Source: an uncultured delta proteobacterium
GTDB lineage: Bacteria > Desulfobacterota > Binatia > UBA9968
Direction of reading: 5' to 3'
Length of the DNA stretch: 40,379 nt
Assembly: GCA_963737905.1 (NCBI GenBank)
Contig: CAVTUQ010000035.1
Coordinates: 1 to 40,379, forward strand
The position numbers and the translations under genes are program-made. The notes under the pieces were generated by a model, which saw only the letters and a program-made list of their open reading frames with translations, had not been told where the DNA came from and made no database searches. This document shows positions 17,648 to 27,680 of the stretch, piece after piece; positions within the stretch are counted from its first letter, which is position 1; each line of letters starts with the position of its first letter.

Positions 17648-18871
17648 TTACCACACGCGAACGAGTTTCGCTCTCAGATAGGCATCCCATTGCGCCTGGG
17701 CGGATTTGGGTCTCTTATCGCCGGTTTGCATTCCCGTAAAGGCCCAAATGCGGGCGATGTCATCCTGGGGCGGGCGCAGCTTGGCAACCAGTCTCTCAAA
17801 ATCCGTCGTCGCAAAATTTATCACAAACTCGTATTTGTCGCGGGCCGCGGTCTTGAGTAGCAATTCGGTGAACTGCTCCTGGTCGACATCGGAGCCATTA
17901 AGCACCAGCCCATAGGATCTCATGGGCACGTTCCGGGACGTCATGCCGCTCTCCGACACTGCGATCGGCTTCTTGAAGCGACTTGCAAAATCGAAGAAGT
18001 TCCCAGGCACCGGACGGGGCAACTCAGTGCTCATATGCGGATACACGCTCATGGCAAAGAGGTCGCTTTGTTTCATCAGCTCCGTTACTTCACGCTCCTG
18101 CTCCGTTCCTTTCGCCTCTTTTGTGAGCTTCTTGTAGTGTAAGACTTCGGTGGTGAAAAAGACCGGTAAGGTCGGGTGGGCCTTTTTCAAAGCCCGGTAG
18201 CTATCACGATACAGCTCCTTAAATTGTCGCCATTTGCCAGGCTCACGTGTCAATAAAACGTTCGATTCGACTCCGATGGCCAGGTAATCCGGCCTCATGG
18301 TTTGGACAGCCCGCAATACAAAATTCAAGTACGCCTTCTTTACCCTTGGACTATTGAGCGGTTCTTTGTCCCACGGCTTGGGCAACGGCAGATTGTCTTT
18401 GTCTCCCCAATAGGGGGATAGAGCCCGTCGGTCCCTGTCAAGCGGCGAGATCGATAAAAACAATTTCTTACCGGCGGGTGGGCGATAGCTCATGCTATCT
18501 TGAACGTTTTTAGAAAAGGGCTTTCCGTTAAGGGCTTCGGGCCACGGAATACCGCCAATGAGCACAATTGAAACGATATCACCATGTGCATACGCAAACT
18601 CCTGCGCCGTTTGAATCCCTTGATCCGATAGATCAGCTGGCCAAAGAGTAAAGCCCATATAAAAAGGCCGCGTCGGAGGCCCCGAAATCACCGCGGGTGG
18701 GGGCGGTGGCGCGGGCTCTGGAGCAGCAGGAACAGCCGGTGGAGTAACAGCCGGTTCGGGGCTGTCTGGAGTGATAGGCCCGCAGCCAAACACGGCAAGT
18801 CCCACCGCAAGCGCGATCACGACAAATTCTGAACCTGCCCTCATCCGAATTCGATTAACCGCAAACGACAT
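17648..18871 (-). CDS. Lipoprotein with a glycoside-hydrolase-like TIM barrel (clan GH-A / GH53-like)
   Basis: Start ATG 18871 after GGAGG; lipobox LAVFGC; Pro-rich linker; PDYLAIGVESN and KPIAVSESG carry candidate catalytic Glu residues. Confidence 0.65.
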   Translation of the reverse strand: MSFAVNRIRMRAGSEFVVIALAVGLAVFGCGPITPDSPEPAVTPPAVPAAPEPAPPPPPAVISGPPTRPFYMGFTLWPADLSDQGIQTAQEFAYAHGDIVSIVLIGGIPWPEALNGKPFSKNVQDSMSYRPPAGKKLFLSISPLDRDRRALSPYWGDKDNLPLPKPWDKEPLNSPRVKKAYLNFVLRAVQTMRPDYLAIGVESNVLLTREPGKWRQFKELYRDSYRALKKAHPTLPVFFTTEVLHYKKLTKEAKGTEQEREVTELMKQSDLFAMSVYPHMSTELPRPVPGNFFDFASRFKKPIAVSESGMTSRNVPMRSYGLVLNGSDVDQEQFTELLLKTAARDKYEFVINFATTDFERLVAKLRPPQDDIARIWAFTGMQTGDKRPKSAQAQWDAYLRAKLVRVW

Positions 18872-19250
18872 CAAGACCTCCATGTCTTGATTTTTTTCAA
18901 GTGTAACTTGCTGGGGGTTGCAAACGCAATAACAAATTCAATCGTAAAAAAGCCAGTAGCAGCTCCAAACCCGCGACGGCGCTTCTTCTGCACGAATCAA
19001 TTTCCCTTGACTTTGTCTTAAAACTTCGGAAACTATGCAGGCAATAAGGGACTTTGTCTAATCTTATCCCTTTCAACACAGTCACGTGTTGCTCCAAACC
19101 GTCGGCAAGTCCGATCCGCCCATCCATTCTCTAGTGAGAAGAACGTTATCCACGGAGGCGCGACATAGAATAAGATATGGACGAGATAACTCATCCCTGA
19201 GGATTGAGATCGTTCTCTGCATCGGGAGCCCGCGAAACCAAGAGACCATT

Positions 19251-20174
19251 TTGCCCTTGCATTTCAATTTCCTTCAGACTTTCATCCGGCTTTCACTCAT
19301 CATTGCCGTTTTTTCGGGAGGAGGCTGTTCCAGGGCCGTCAGTCCCGAGGTTCGCTATGTCCCGGCCGGCGACCTGCTTGATATCGTAAGAGACTTCCAA
19401 CGCCTTGCCCGAGAGGATACTTACCGATTTCCGATTCCCAAAGACGTCACCGGCGTCAACATTATGAAAGCCACCCTGGTGCGACTCGACGACTACGAAA
19501 AAAAGAACCCCGGGAAATTCACCGACATCATTCAATTCAATAAAGCATTAGCCTTGGAACGGTTGAGAGAATACGCGCAGGCGGCCGCCCTCTACCGGAA
19601 GGTGGCCGAAACCGAAGGCCGTCTAGGCAAGGAAGCAGCCAAGAATGCCGAAATTCTTGATTCGTTCCTGTTGATCCTGGATCGACCGCTGGCGAGCGAC
19701 GACCCTTTTGAATATATCAAAGGGCTCGACGAGAAGGTCGCCGCCTGGAATCAGCTCATCAGCAAGCATCAAGGGACCGCCTACGAGTTTCTCGCTCGCG
19801 TGGAGGAAGAACGAGTGGATCGCGCCAAAGTCGCCTTCGTCGAAGCCAACCGATACCGCCTCAAAGAAGGAAACCAACTGGTGATTCTGGGCTATACCCA
19901 GCTATCGACCAAACACCGGCAAAGTAAAAATATCTATCGTTTTTTGATCGACTTTGGCGACTTCTACCAGCTACTTGCAAAAGAGTACGCGTCTCAGTAC
20001 GATCCGGAGGGTCTGAGCTTTGATCCAAAAACCTTCGATCTGTTCGTGAAGTCAGCCCTCAGGCTCTATAATGAAGTCGCCCAAGTGGATGGCATCCTAG
20101 AAAAGATCGAGGCTCAGGGTAAGATTGAAGCCGTGCGGGGGTTTCTTGAGAAAACGACAAGGTTGAACCGATGA
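19251..20174 (+). CDS. Hypothetical helical-repeat (TPR-like) lipoprotein
   Basis: The ORF opens at 19086, but the likely start is TTG 19251. Hydrophobic stretch plus SGGGC lipobox; IQFNKALALERLREYAQAAALYRKV is TPR-like. Confidence 0.7.
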   Translation: MPLHFNFLQTFIRLSLIIAVFSGGGCSRAVSPEVRYVPAGDLLDIVRDFQRLAREDTYRFPIPKDVTGVNIMKATLVRLDDYEKKNPGKFTDIIQFNKALALERLREYAQAAALYRKVAETEGRLGKEAAKNAEILDSFLLILDRPLASDDPFEYIKGLDEKVAAWNQLISKHQGTAYEFLARVEEERVDRAKVAFVEANRYRLKEGNQLVILGYTQLSTKHRQSKNIYRFLIDFGDFYQLLAKEYASQYDPEGLSFDPKTFDLFVKSALRLYNEVAQVDGILEKIEAQGKIEAVRGFLEKTTRLNR

Positions 20175-22687
20175 CGGCAAAACTAATCTTGACCACCATA
20201 CTCTTGCTGGTCCTTGGCGGCGCTCCTCTTTGGCCCAAGCCGTGCCACGGCCAAGACCGAGAACAGGTGCTCGAAAAGATTCTCAACCCGATGCCGGATT
20301 ATGATCCCTTTGAGAAATCGACGCTAGCAACACCACAGTTCTTTCCCGACGCGGTGGACAAAAGATCTCGCGAACTCCTGATCGATGCGTTGACCCATCA
20401 ACAGGAATCGCTCAAGGATCACCTGCAGTTTTTCAAGGAAGAAGACACCCGGCTCCAGAAGGAATACAACACCTCCACCGGTTTGACAGATCGCGCGCAG
20501 GATCTGGTGAACAACACGATTCAAGACCGGCAACGGTATCTTGCCGCCCAGGAAGAGGCTCTGAAACATGCCTCAGCACCGGAGCGAAAGAAATATCTTC
20601 AGTCGATCATCAATAATGATGACTTGAACCAGGCGGATGATTTGATGCGGCAAAGCTCGACGAATCAATGGGGCGGCGTCCTCAATCGTATGATGAGTTC
20701 AGTGGATCTTGCCGGGGTCGCATCGGGCAATTACATCGGCGCGGCAGCGGAAACCGTCATTAGCCAACTCTATGCCCTTGCCGATCGAGACATGGCCATC
20801 GAAGAGCGCCGCGCACTGGCGCGTGATCTCGATCATCTCAAACGTTTTCCTAATGACCCGCGGAATGCCGAAATCCTGAGGCAAGTGGAAGGGATCGAGA
20901 CTAAAAAGAAAAGCGTTTTAGCGAAAAAACAACTCGCTCGAGGCGATGAGGCTCTTGCCAAGGGCGAGCTGGAGAAGGCCCTGTTTTATTATGAGATGGC
21001 ATCTTTCATCGAGCCCGAATCGACGGCCACCGAGAGGGCTCTACAAAAAGCCACCGAGCTCTTCCGGCAACAGGAGGAAGCAAGAAAGAAAGGGCTCGCT
21101 TCCGGCACAGAGGGCTCTTTCTCCAGCGATCAAGAGCAGGATGTAGGACAACTTCTGAGCGCGCTCAGTCTGCATGATCCGGCTCTCATCGAGCGCTCTT
21201 CGATCGATGTAGAAAAAAAATATCATGAAAAACCACTCGGGGATGCGGCGCTGGACGCCGAAGCCGTCGCGTTGGAAATCCGGGGACAGCACGAGGCGGC
21301 CAAAAGAATTATTGACCAGCTCGCCCGGTCATCGAAAAGTCCTGACCTGCAAAAGCGTGCAGCCGCGCTATTGGCGAGTCCGGAATACAATCTGCTCGGC
21401 ACTTTCCAAGACGCTCGTAATGACCGCCGCATAGAATCCGTCAAATATGTTCTGCTCGGCGAAGACCTGCTCAAGAAAAACCTTATCTATGCCGCTGGCG
21501 CCATGGTCGCCGGGGGTCCCAGCGGCGCCGCAACCCTTGGGGCTATCAACGCCTTGATGTTGGGTAACAATCTTGTCACCGTTCTTTCGAACAATCCGAT
21601 TTCCGCTCAACCGGTGATCGACGCGGGTGTCGCCTATATTCGTAACCATCCGAAATCGGAAGACGCTTCTGAGGTCTACACGGTTCTCGCGGATGCCTAC
21701 GCCGAGCGGGGCATGTTTGACAAAGCCGTCCATTTCCACCAGTTGGCCGGTACGCCAAAGGAGAAAATCGCGGCGCTGAAAGAAAAGGCGGCCAGTGCCA
21801 TGCTCAACGCCGCCACAAAGGGCAAAGGCAGGAGCACCCAGCAGTATTATTTGACGACCATCATCGATGAATATCCGGAAAGCCCGGCGGCGGCGGAAGC
21901 CACGAAGAAGCTTTCGGAGTTGGTCAAGAGCGACAATCAAGGGTTGCGCATGAGCAAACAATTTCTCGTGGAAAACCCCGAACTGTACGGACCCAACGGA
22001 CTCGGGCTGAAGGCATCTCTATTGGACGGAAACCCCAGCAATATGGAGTTGGCGCAGCGCGGGGTCAATCTTTTAAATGATAACGAGATCCTAATTCATT
22101 ACCAGACGCCGTGGGGGATACGGAGCCAGAGTTATCCGCTATCGACACCCGCCACGGAACGCTTTTTCGCAACCCTGCGCCAAAAAAACCAAGAGGTCGC
22201 GTTGGCCGACATCGACCAGCGAGCGAAAGGAACCGTCGGCGGCATCAAGAACATGCCAACCCCCATCCTGCAGGGCGTGCGCGCCAAGAGCACCGACGAG
22301 CCAGAGGACAATCAAGATTCCACCTTTTCATTTCTTCGCCAGGCGGATGGCACGGCGCCTTCCTTTCCCCGCGTTCTGGATCACGAGCTGCTGAGCGAGA
22401 ACGAGATCAATCCGGGAAGCAAGTATCTGCTGCCGCCGATTCAGGGAAGTATTTCCGCCAGTCGCTTCAGCCTGACCGGCGCGCTGCCGACAGGGCTCTG
22501 GGGTAACCAGATCGCCATCGGCAACGATCCGAAGAGTCCCTATGCGGGGGTTCAACTGCCGATTCCTCTTCTCGAGGGTTTCATCCCGGTTGATTTCATG
22601 GTCCAGGGAAGACCCGGCGGTTTCTCGGTCTATCCCAGGATTCACACCCGCGGCGATAAGGGCGCAGATCCGGAATTGTACAAATAA
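20171..22687 (+). CDS. Large exported hypothetical protein with TPR-like repeats and a beta-rich C-terminus
   Basis: 838 aa; signal peptide; TPR-like LARGDEALAKGELEKALFYYEMA, LADAYAERGMFDKAVHFH and IIDEYPESPAAAEA; ATGA overlap with the upstream gene. Confidence 0.8.
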   Translation: MTAKLILTTILLLVLGGAPLWPKPCHGQDREQVLEKILNPMPDYDPFEKSTLATPQFFPDAVDKRSRELLIDALTHQQESLKDHLQFFKEEDTRLQKEYNTSTGLTDRAQDLVNNTIQDRQRYLAAQEEALKHASAPERKKYLQSIINNDDLNQADDLMRQSSTNQWGGVLNRMMSSVDLAGVASGNYIGAAAETVISQLYALADRDMAIEERRALARDLDHLKRFPNDPRNAEILRQVEGIETKKKSVLAKKQLARGDEALAKGELEKALFYYEMASFIEPESTATERALQKATELFRQQEEARKKGLASGTEGSFSSDQEQDVGQLLSALSLHDPALIERSSIDVEKKYHEKPLGDAALDAEAVALEIRGQHEAAKRIIDQLARSSKSPDLQKRAAALLASPEYNLLGTFQDARNDRRIESVKYVLLGEDLLKKNLIYAAGAMVAGGPSGAATLGAINALMLGNNLVTVLSNNPISAQPVIDAGVAYIRNHPKSEDASEVYTVLADAYAERGMFDKAVHFHQLAGTPKEKIAALKEKAASAMLNAATKGKGRSTQQYYLTTIIDEYPESPAAAEATKKLSELVKSDNQGLRMSKQFLVENPELYGPNGLGLKASLLDGNPSNMELAQRGVNLLNDNEILIHYQTPWGIRSQSYPLSTPATERFFATLRQKNQEVALADIDQRAKGTVGGIKNMPTPILQGVRAKSTDEPEDNQDSTFSFLRQADGTAPSFPRVLDHELLSENEINPGSKYLLPPIQGSISASRFSLTGALPTGLWGNQIAIGNDPKSPYAGVQLPIPLLEGFIPVDFMVQGRPGGFSVYPRIHTRGDKGADPELYK

Positions 22688-22705
22688 ATTAACGAGGATC
22701 TGATC

Positions 22706-23524
22706 TTGCAAACACTCATCTCTGTGCTACGGCGATCCCGCCGCTGGGAGTTTCCGGACCTGCCGCTAAGCAAGGAATTCGTTCGAGGCTTTGTCTCTAT
22801 CCTGGTCGGCCTCGCCGTCTGGGAGATTTTGACCCGTGTCTTTCTTGAAAATGAGCTCCTGATCCCGCCGCCGAGCAGCGTCTTGCGGACGATGTGGAAG
22901 CTCGCCTCGACCGGGGCGCTCAACGAACACTTTGGCACCACGTTTTTGGAGTTCGCCTACGGTTTTTCCTTTGCCTGCGTAGCTGGCGTGATCCTCGGTT
23001 ATCTCATGGGAATGTACTCGTGGTTCGATGAAATCGCCGATCCCTGGATCGCGACCCTCTACTCCGTGCCCGTGATCGCGTTCGTGCCGCTGATCATCAT
23101 CTGGTTCGGCATCGGCATGCTCTCGAAGATCATCGTGGTTTTCAAACTCACCGCCGTCGCCATCGCGCTCAACACCGCGGCAGGAATAAAATCCATCGAG
23201 CCGACCTGGCTGGAACTCGCGACCTCGCTGCGCCTGACGCATTGGCAAACGACCTATAAGATCCGTCTCCCCGCGATCCTCCCCTATATCATCACGGGCA
23301 TGCGCCTGGGCGTCGGCCGAGCCCTGCTGGGCGTGATCGCCGCCGAGTTGATAGCCGCCAATTCCGGCTTGGGATATTTATTGCGAGACGCCTCCGAGAC
23401 CTGGGACAGCCCCAAGCTGTTTGTGACGGTGATTCTGCTCGCCTTGATCGGACTCTTGAGCTTCACCCTGATCAAGAAAGCGGAACAGAAACTCGCCCCC
23501 TGGCGTGAAACCGCGGAGTGGTAG
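22706..23524 (+). CDS. NitT/TauT family ABC transporter permease 1
   Basis: LIPPPSSV, PVIAFVPLIIIWFGIG, EAA-loop-like ELATSLRL...RLPAILPYIITGMRLG, AELIAANSGLG. Confidence 0.92.
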   Translation: MQTLISVLRRSRRWEFPDLPLSKEFVRGFVSILVGLAVWEILTRVFLENELLIPPPSSVLRTMWKLASTGALNEHFGTTFLEFAYGFSFACVAGVILGYLMGMYSWFDEIADPWIATLYSVPVIAFVPLIIIWFGIGMLSKIIVVFKLTAVAIALNTAAGIKSIEPTWLELATSLRLTHWQTTYKIRLPAILPYIITGMRLGVGRALLGVIAAELIAANSGLGYLLRDASETWDSPKLFVTVILLALIGLLSFTLIKKAEQKLAPWRETAEW

Positions 23525-24282
23525 TGAAAAGGGCGATCTTCAGACTCGGCTCTATTTGCGCCGGTCTTGTCCTCTGGCATGTGGTCGCGATCAAAGTCGA
23601 CGACACGGCATTTTTGGTTTCTCCACTGGTCGTCATCAACAAAGCCTACGAGATGCTCTTTCAAACGGGCGAGCTCTATCCGCATCTCTACGCGAGTTCG
23701 TGGATTTTCCTCGACGGTTTTTTACTCGCGATCATCGTTGGAGTCCCGGTCGGTTTTATGATGGCGTTAAGTGCCTCGGTCAGGGATTATGTGCACCCCT
23801 GGATGACAATGCTTTACAGCACGCCGCGCATCGCCTTTGCACCCGTGCTTCTGCTCTGGTTCGGCATCGGCGCGGGTTCGAAAGTCGCGATTGTTTTCCT
23901 CGGCTGCGTTTTCCCGATTCTCATCAATTCATACTACGGCATGCGCGCCGTAAATCGCGAGTTCGTCGAGTTGGCGCGATCATTTCGTCTCAACGGCAAA
24001 GCACTTTTTTTCAAAATTCTGTTGCCTGCATCCGTTCCTTTCATCTTGTCCGGTGTGCGATTGGCCATCGGCAGAGGTCTGACCGGAGTCGCGATAGCGG
24101 AGTGGTTCGGCGCCACGGAAGGGCTCGGTTATATGATCTTCTTCGCCGGTCAGACGTTGAATATTCCAACGCTCTTCGTCGGCGTAACTGCGTTTGCAGT
24201 TCTTGGCATCCTGTCATTTGAAATAGTCAGAAAAATAGAGGATTACGCGGCCCCCTGGAGAAAAAGCCTCGACCTACAATGA
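23518..24282 (+). CDS. NitT/TauT family ABC transporter permease 2
   Basis: PRIAFAPVLLLWFGIG, ELARSF...LLPASVPFILSGVRLA, AEWFGATEGLG; start may be GTG 23518 or 23524. Confidence 0.92.
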   Translation: MVVKRAIFRLGSICAGLVLWHVVAIKVDDTAFLVSPLVVINKAYEMLFQTGELYPHLYASSWIFLDGFLLAIIVGVPVGFMMALSASVRDYVHPWMTMLYSTPRIAFAPVLLLWFGIGAGSKVAIVFLGCVFPILINSYYGMRAVNREFVELARSFRLNGKALFFKILLPASVPFILSGVRLAIGRGLTGVAIAEWFGATEGLGYMIFFAGQTLNIPTLFVGVTAFAVLGILSFEIVRKIEDYAAPWRKSLDLQ

Positions 24283-25085
24283 TCATGGCGGGCACCGTCC
24301 TCGAAGTAAGAAATCTGAGCCGACAGATTCCCAGACCCACGGGAGATCCCTTCATCATCTTCAAAAACATCAATCTCTCTCTGCGCGATGGAGAATTCGT
24401 CAGCATCGTCGGACCGAGCGGCTGTGGCAAAACCACACTCCTGCGTGTGATCAACGGCCTCTTGCCCCCTTCGAGCGGACAAATCTTCGTCGACGGCAAG
24501 GAGCAAAAAGAAGCGGACGGCGAACTCGTCATGGGATTTGTCTTCCAAGGCTCCTCGCTGCTTCCATGGCGCACGAGCTTGAAAAACATTTTGCTCGGAC
24601 TCGAGGGACAGGGAAAGAATCCCAAACAAGCGGAGCCTCTCGCCAGAAAATACCTGGAACTCGTAGGGCTGGCGGGTTTCGAAAATCATTATCCGCACGA
24701 GCTTTCCGGAGGCATGCAACAGCGTATTAATTTGGCCCGCGCACTCGCCATCGAACCGAAAATCTTGCTCATGGACGAGCCTTTCGCCGCGCTGGACGCC
24801 CAGACACGTACCTTTATGCAGCTCGAGCTCCTGCGAATCTGGCTCCAAACCAAAAAAACCGTGGTCTTTGTCACCCACATGATCGCGGAAGCGATCTTAC
24901 TTTCCGACCGCGTCATCGTTTTCAGCCATAGGCCGGGCCAGATCAAGGCGGAGTTCAATGTTCCCTTCGCGCGGCCGCGCAATATGGATATCAAGTCGGA
25001 CAAGCGCTTTGCTGAGCTGGAGGATATGATATGGAAACAAGTCGAAGAAGAAGTGAAGGCAGCCGGAGGATTTAATAAACTATAG
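24279..25085 (+). CDS. NitT/TauT family ABC transporter ATP-binding protein
   Basis: GPSGCGKT, LSGGMQQR, LLMDEPF, VTH. Confidence 0.95.
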   Translation: MIMAGTVLEVRNLSRQIPRPTGDPFIIFKNINLSLRDGEFVSIVGPSGCGKTTLLRVINGLLPPSSGQIFVDGKEQKEADGELVMGFVFQGSSLLPWRTSLKNILLGLEGQGKNPKQAEPLARKYLELVGLAGFENHYPHELSGGMQQRINLARALAIEPKILLMDEPFAALDAQTRTFMQLELLRIWLQTKKTVVFVTHMIAEAILLSDRVIVFSHRPGQIKAEFNVPFARPRNMDIKSDKRFAELEDMIWKQVEEEVKAAGGFNKL

Positions 25086-25146
25086 ACTCCTGTATCCGCG
25101 CTTCATTTGGGTACTGAAACAACGCAGGACTGATAACGGAGGGCTT

Positions 25147-26151
25147 ATGCGAAAGATCTTAATCATCATCTGGATTCTGGCAATTGTCTATTGCCTAACG
25201 CCGCTTTTCTCCTGGGCGGGCGAAGGTGGACTTCCGACGGTCCGTTTCGTCCAGAGCGGGCGTACCGCGGCAAGCTGGCCACTTTTCGTCGGCGAAGAAA
25301 AGAAATTCTTCCAGAAAAATGGCATCTTTTTGGAGGAGATCATCATCCGCGGGGGTACTAACGTAACACGCGCCGTACTGAGCAATACGATCCCTATCGG
25401 TAGGATCAACCCCGATTACGTCATCGACGCCATGGAAAAAGGCGCGCACGTAAAGATCGTTTCGGGCGCGATGGAGAAACTGCCCTACGATCTAGTGGCT
25501 CGCCCGGAGATCAAAGCCGGCACGGCCTTGAAGGGTAAGACGATCGGGGTCGATAGCCTCACCGGCGGGACGACTCTAATGCTTCGTGAAGTGACGGAAA
25601 AAGCCTATGGACTAAAACCAACTGACTATAAACTTCTGGTTGTCGGAACCTCCCCGGACCGCTACGCGGCCCTCAAGGGAGGGTCCGTCCAGGCAACGTT
25701 CATGGGTCCTCCATTCAACTTGAGAGCGGAGAAAGAGGGCTTTACAAAACTCACGGACTTCCACCGGTATCTCGGCCCTATCCAATTCGTCGTTCAGTTC
25801 GCCCATGACGATTACCTCAAATCCAACCGGGCCGAAGTCGTCAAGTTTGTAAAGGGCCTGGCCGAGGCCACCCAGTGGCTGTACGATCCAAAAAACAAGG
25901 AAGAAGCGCTCAGTATCTACATGAAGATTTTGAAGAGCTCGCGAGAACCGGCTGAGGCCGACTACCGCTACATGATCGAAGAGTTTAAACCCTTCCCGGT
26001 CGACGGGGCTTTAAACAAGCAGGCGATCGAAAAAACTTTCGAGCTGAGGGAGAAAGCCGGAAAATACGAAGGCAAAAAGGTACCGTCCTACCTCCAGTAT
26101 GTCGACACCACGATCGTGGACGACGCCAAAAAACAGCTAGGGTGGAAATAA
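25147..26151 (+). CDS. NMT1/THI5-like ABC substrate-binding protein 1
   Basis: Signal peptide; WPLFVGEEKKFFQKNG, LKGKTIGV, RYAALKGGSVQA, FVKGLAEA. Confidence 0.88.
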   Translation: MRKILIIIWILAIVYCLTPLFSWAGEGGLPTVRFVQSGRTAASWPLFVGEEKKFFQKNGIFLEEIIIRGGTNVTRAVLSNTIPIGRINPDYVIDAMEKGAHVKIVSGAMEKLPYDLVARPEIKAGTALKGKTIGVDSLTGGTTLMLREVTEKAYGLKPTDYKLLVVGTSPDRYAALKGGSVQATFMGPPFNLRAEKEGFTKLTDFHRYLGPIQFVVQFAHDDYLKSNRAEVVKFVKGLAEATQWLYDPKNKEEALSIYMKILKSSREPAEADYRYMIEEFKPFPVDGALNKQAIEKTFELREKAGKYEGKKVPSYLQYVDTTIVDDAKKQLGWK

Positions 26152-26199
26152 TTAGAATTGCTATCCATCAGGAATTGAAAATAGTCGGAAAGGTAACGC

Positions 26200-27198
26200 A
26201 TGAAATTATTCTGCAGAATCGTGACACTGTCTATATTTATCGAGCTTTGTTTTTCTGCGCCGCTGTCCGCCCAGGAGCTCAAAAGGATCCGCATCGGCTA
26301 TCCGTCGCTTAGCTTTAGACAGAGCAACGTTTGGGTGGCAAAAGAAGACGGATTGTTTAAAAAGTACGGGCTGGAAGTGGAACCGATCTTTCTACGGGGC
26401 GGACAGATGGCCACCCAGGCCCTGGTGGCCGGCGACCCGCCCATCGTGAACATCGGCACCGTGGTCCAGGCAAGCCTGGCGGGCTACAATCTCGTTCTCG
26501 TGGCCGCGGTCGAAACGAACTACGATCAGATCGTCTTCGCCCGCCCCGGCATAACGAAACTGGAACAACTCAAGGGAAAAAATTTCGGCATCAGTGGGTT
26601 CGGGTCGGCAACGCACTATGCGTCGACGATCTTGGTGAAACACTTAAACTTCGACCCCAAGGATTTAATACTGATTCCAGGAGGTCCCGATGCGGAGCGT
26701 CTTGCCGCGTTATCTACCGGAAAAATCGATGCCACCTTCTTCAGTTCCTCGGGCGCTCCGGTAGCCAGAAAAGCAGGTTTTGTCGAACTCCTCCAGATTG
26801 CGGATTTAGGGGTAGAGGTTCAGGGAAATGGTTTTGCCACATCGCGCGAGTACATCAAGAGCAATCGGGACGTTGTCAAATCCGCACTGAAAGGCTTCGT
26901 TGAAGCTATCTATTTCATTTACGCGAACAAGAAGGAAGCCCAGAAGGTCTTCGCGAAGTACATGCGGACCAACGATCCGGCCGTCCTCGAGGATTCCTAC
27001 CAGGGCTATATCCATATGATCCCCAAGAAGCCCTATCCTACTCTTAAAGGCATTCAGTTTATGCTAGACATGCTGGCAGAGAAGATGCCACAGGCCAAGA
27101 ACGCCAAACCGGAGCAGTTTGTCGATTTGAGCTTCTTGCAAGAGCTCGAGAAGGAAGGTTTCTTTACCGATATGGCGAAACGCTATCCAAGCAAATGA
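26200..27198 (+). CDS. NMT1/THI5-like ABC substrate-binding protein 2
   Basis: Signal peptide; WVAKEDGLFKKYGLEVE, LKGKNFGIS, RLAALSTGKIDA, FVDLSFLQELEKEGF. Confidence 0.88.
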   Translation: MKLFCRIVTLSIFIELCFSAPLSAQELKRIRIGYPSLSFRQSNVWVAKEDGLFKKYGLEVEPIFLRGGQMATQALVAGDPPIVNIGTVVQASLAGYNLVLVAAVETNYDQIVFARPGITKLEQLKGKNFGISGFGSATHYASTILVKHLNFDPKDLILIPGGPDAERLAALSTGKIDATFFSSSGAPVARKAGFVELLQIADLGVEVQGNGFATSREYIKSNRDVVKSALKGFVEAIYFIYANKKEAQKVFAKYMRTNDPAVLEDSYQGYIHMIPKKPYPTLKGIQFMLDMLAEKMPQAKNAKPEQFVDLSFLQELEKEGFFTDMAKRYPSK

Positions 27199-27209
27199 GA
27201 AGAGGAAAC

Positions 27210-27269
27210 GGAGTATTGGAGTATTGGCAAGAGCATCACTCCAAAACTCCATTACTCCAACACACCATT
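27210..27269. repeat. Inverted octamer arrays (GGAGTATT)x2 ... (ACTCCAnn)x3-4
   Basis: Read directly. Confidence 0.7.
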
Positions 27270-27288
27270 CTTAAATGAGGAGGGAGCC

Positions 27289-27678
27289 ATGGCAAGAAAA
27301 ACTATTCAGCCGCAGTCATTGAATGATCCTAGACCGAGGTATTCTCAGGGCATCCTGAACGAAGGCGGCAAGCTGCTTTTCATCGCAGGACAAACCGCCT
27401 CGGACAAGGACGGCAATGTTGTCGGCAAGGGAGATATCAAAGCCCAGACGCGACAAGTATTCGCAAATATCAAAGCGGTTCTGGAAGCCGCCGGCGGTTC
27501 CTTTGATAACCTGGTGATGACAACGACTTACATCACGGACAGAAAGTATCGCGAAGGTTACAACGAAGTCCGGCGCGGAATATACAAAGCAGACCCGCCG
27601 ACCAGCACCCTCGTGATCGTCAGCGGTTTGGCCAACGAAGACTACTTGATCGAGATTGCCTGCGTCGCGGCTCTGTAG
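27289..27678 (+). CDS. Rid (YjgF/YER057c/UK114) family protein
   Basis: YSQG, LFIAGQ, QTRQVFANIKAVLEAAG, LIEI; PTST sits where RidA has PAR. Confidence 0.9.
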   Translation: MARKTIQPQSLNDPRPRYSQGILNEGGKLLFIAGQTASDKDGNVVGKGDIKAQTRQVFANIKAVLEAAGGSFDNLVMTTTYITDRKYREGYNEVRRGIYKADPPTSTLVIVSGLANEDYLIEIACVAAL

Positions 27679-27680
27679 TC

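Noticed and set aside
19086-19250. Upstream 55 codons of ORF 19086..20174
   Set aside because: They would bury the lipoprotein signal, so a later TTG start near 19251 is more plausible.
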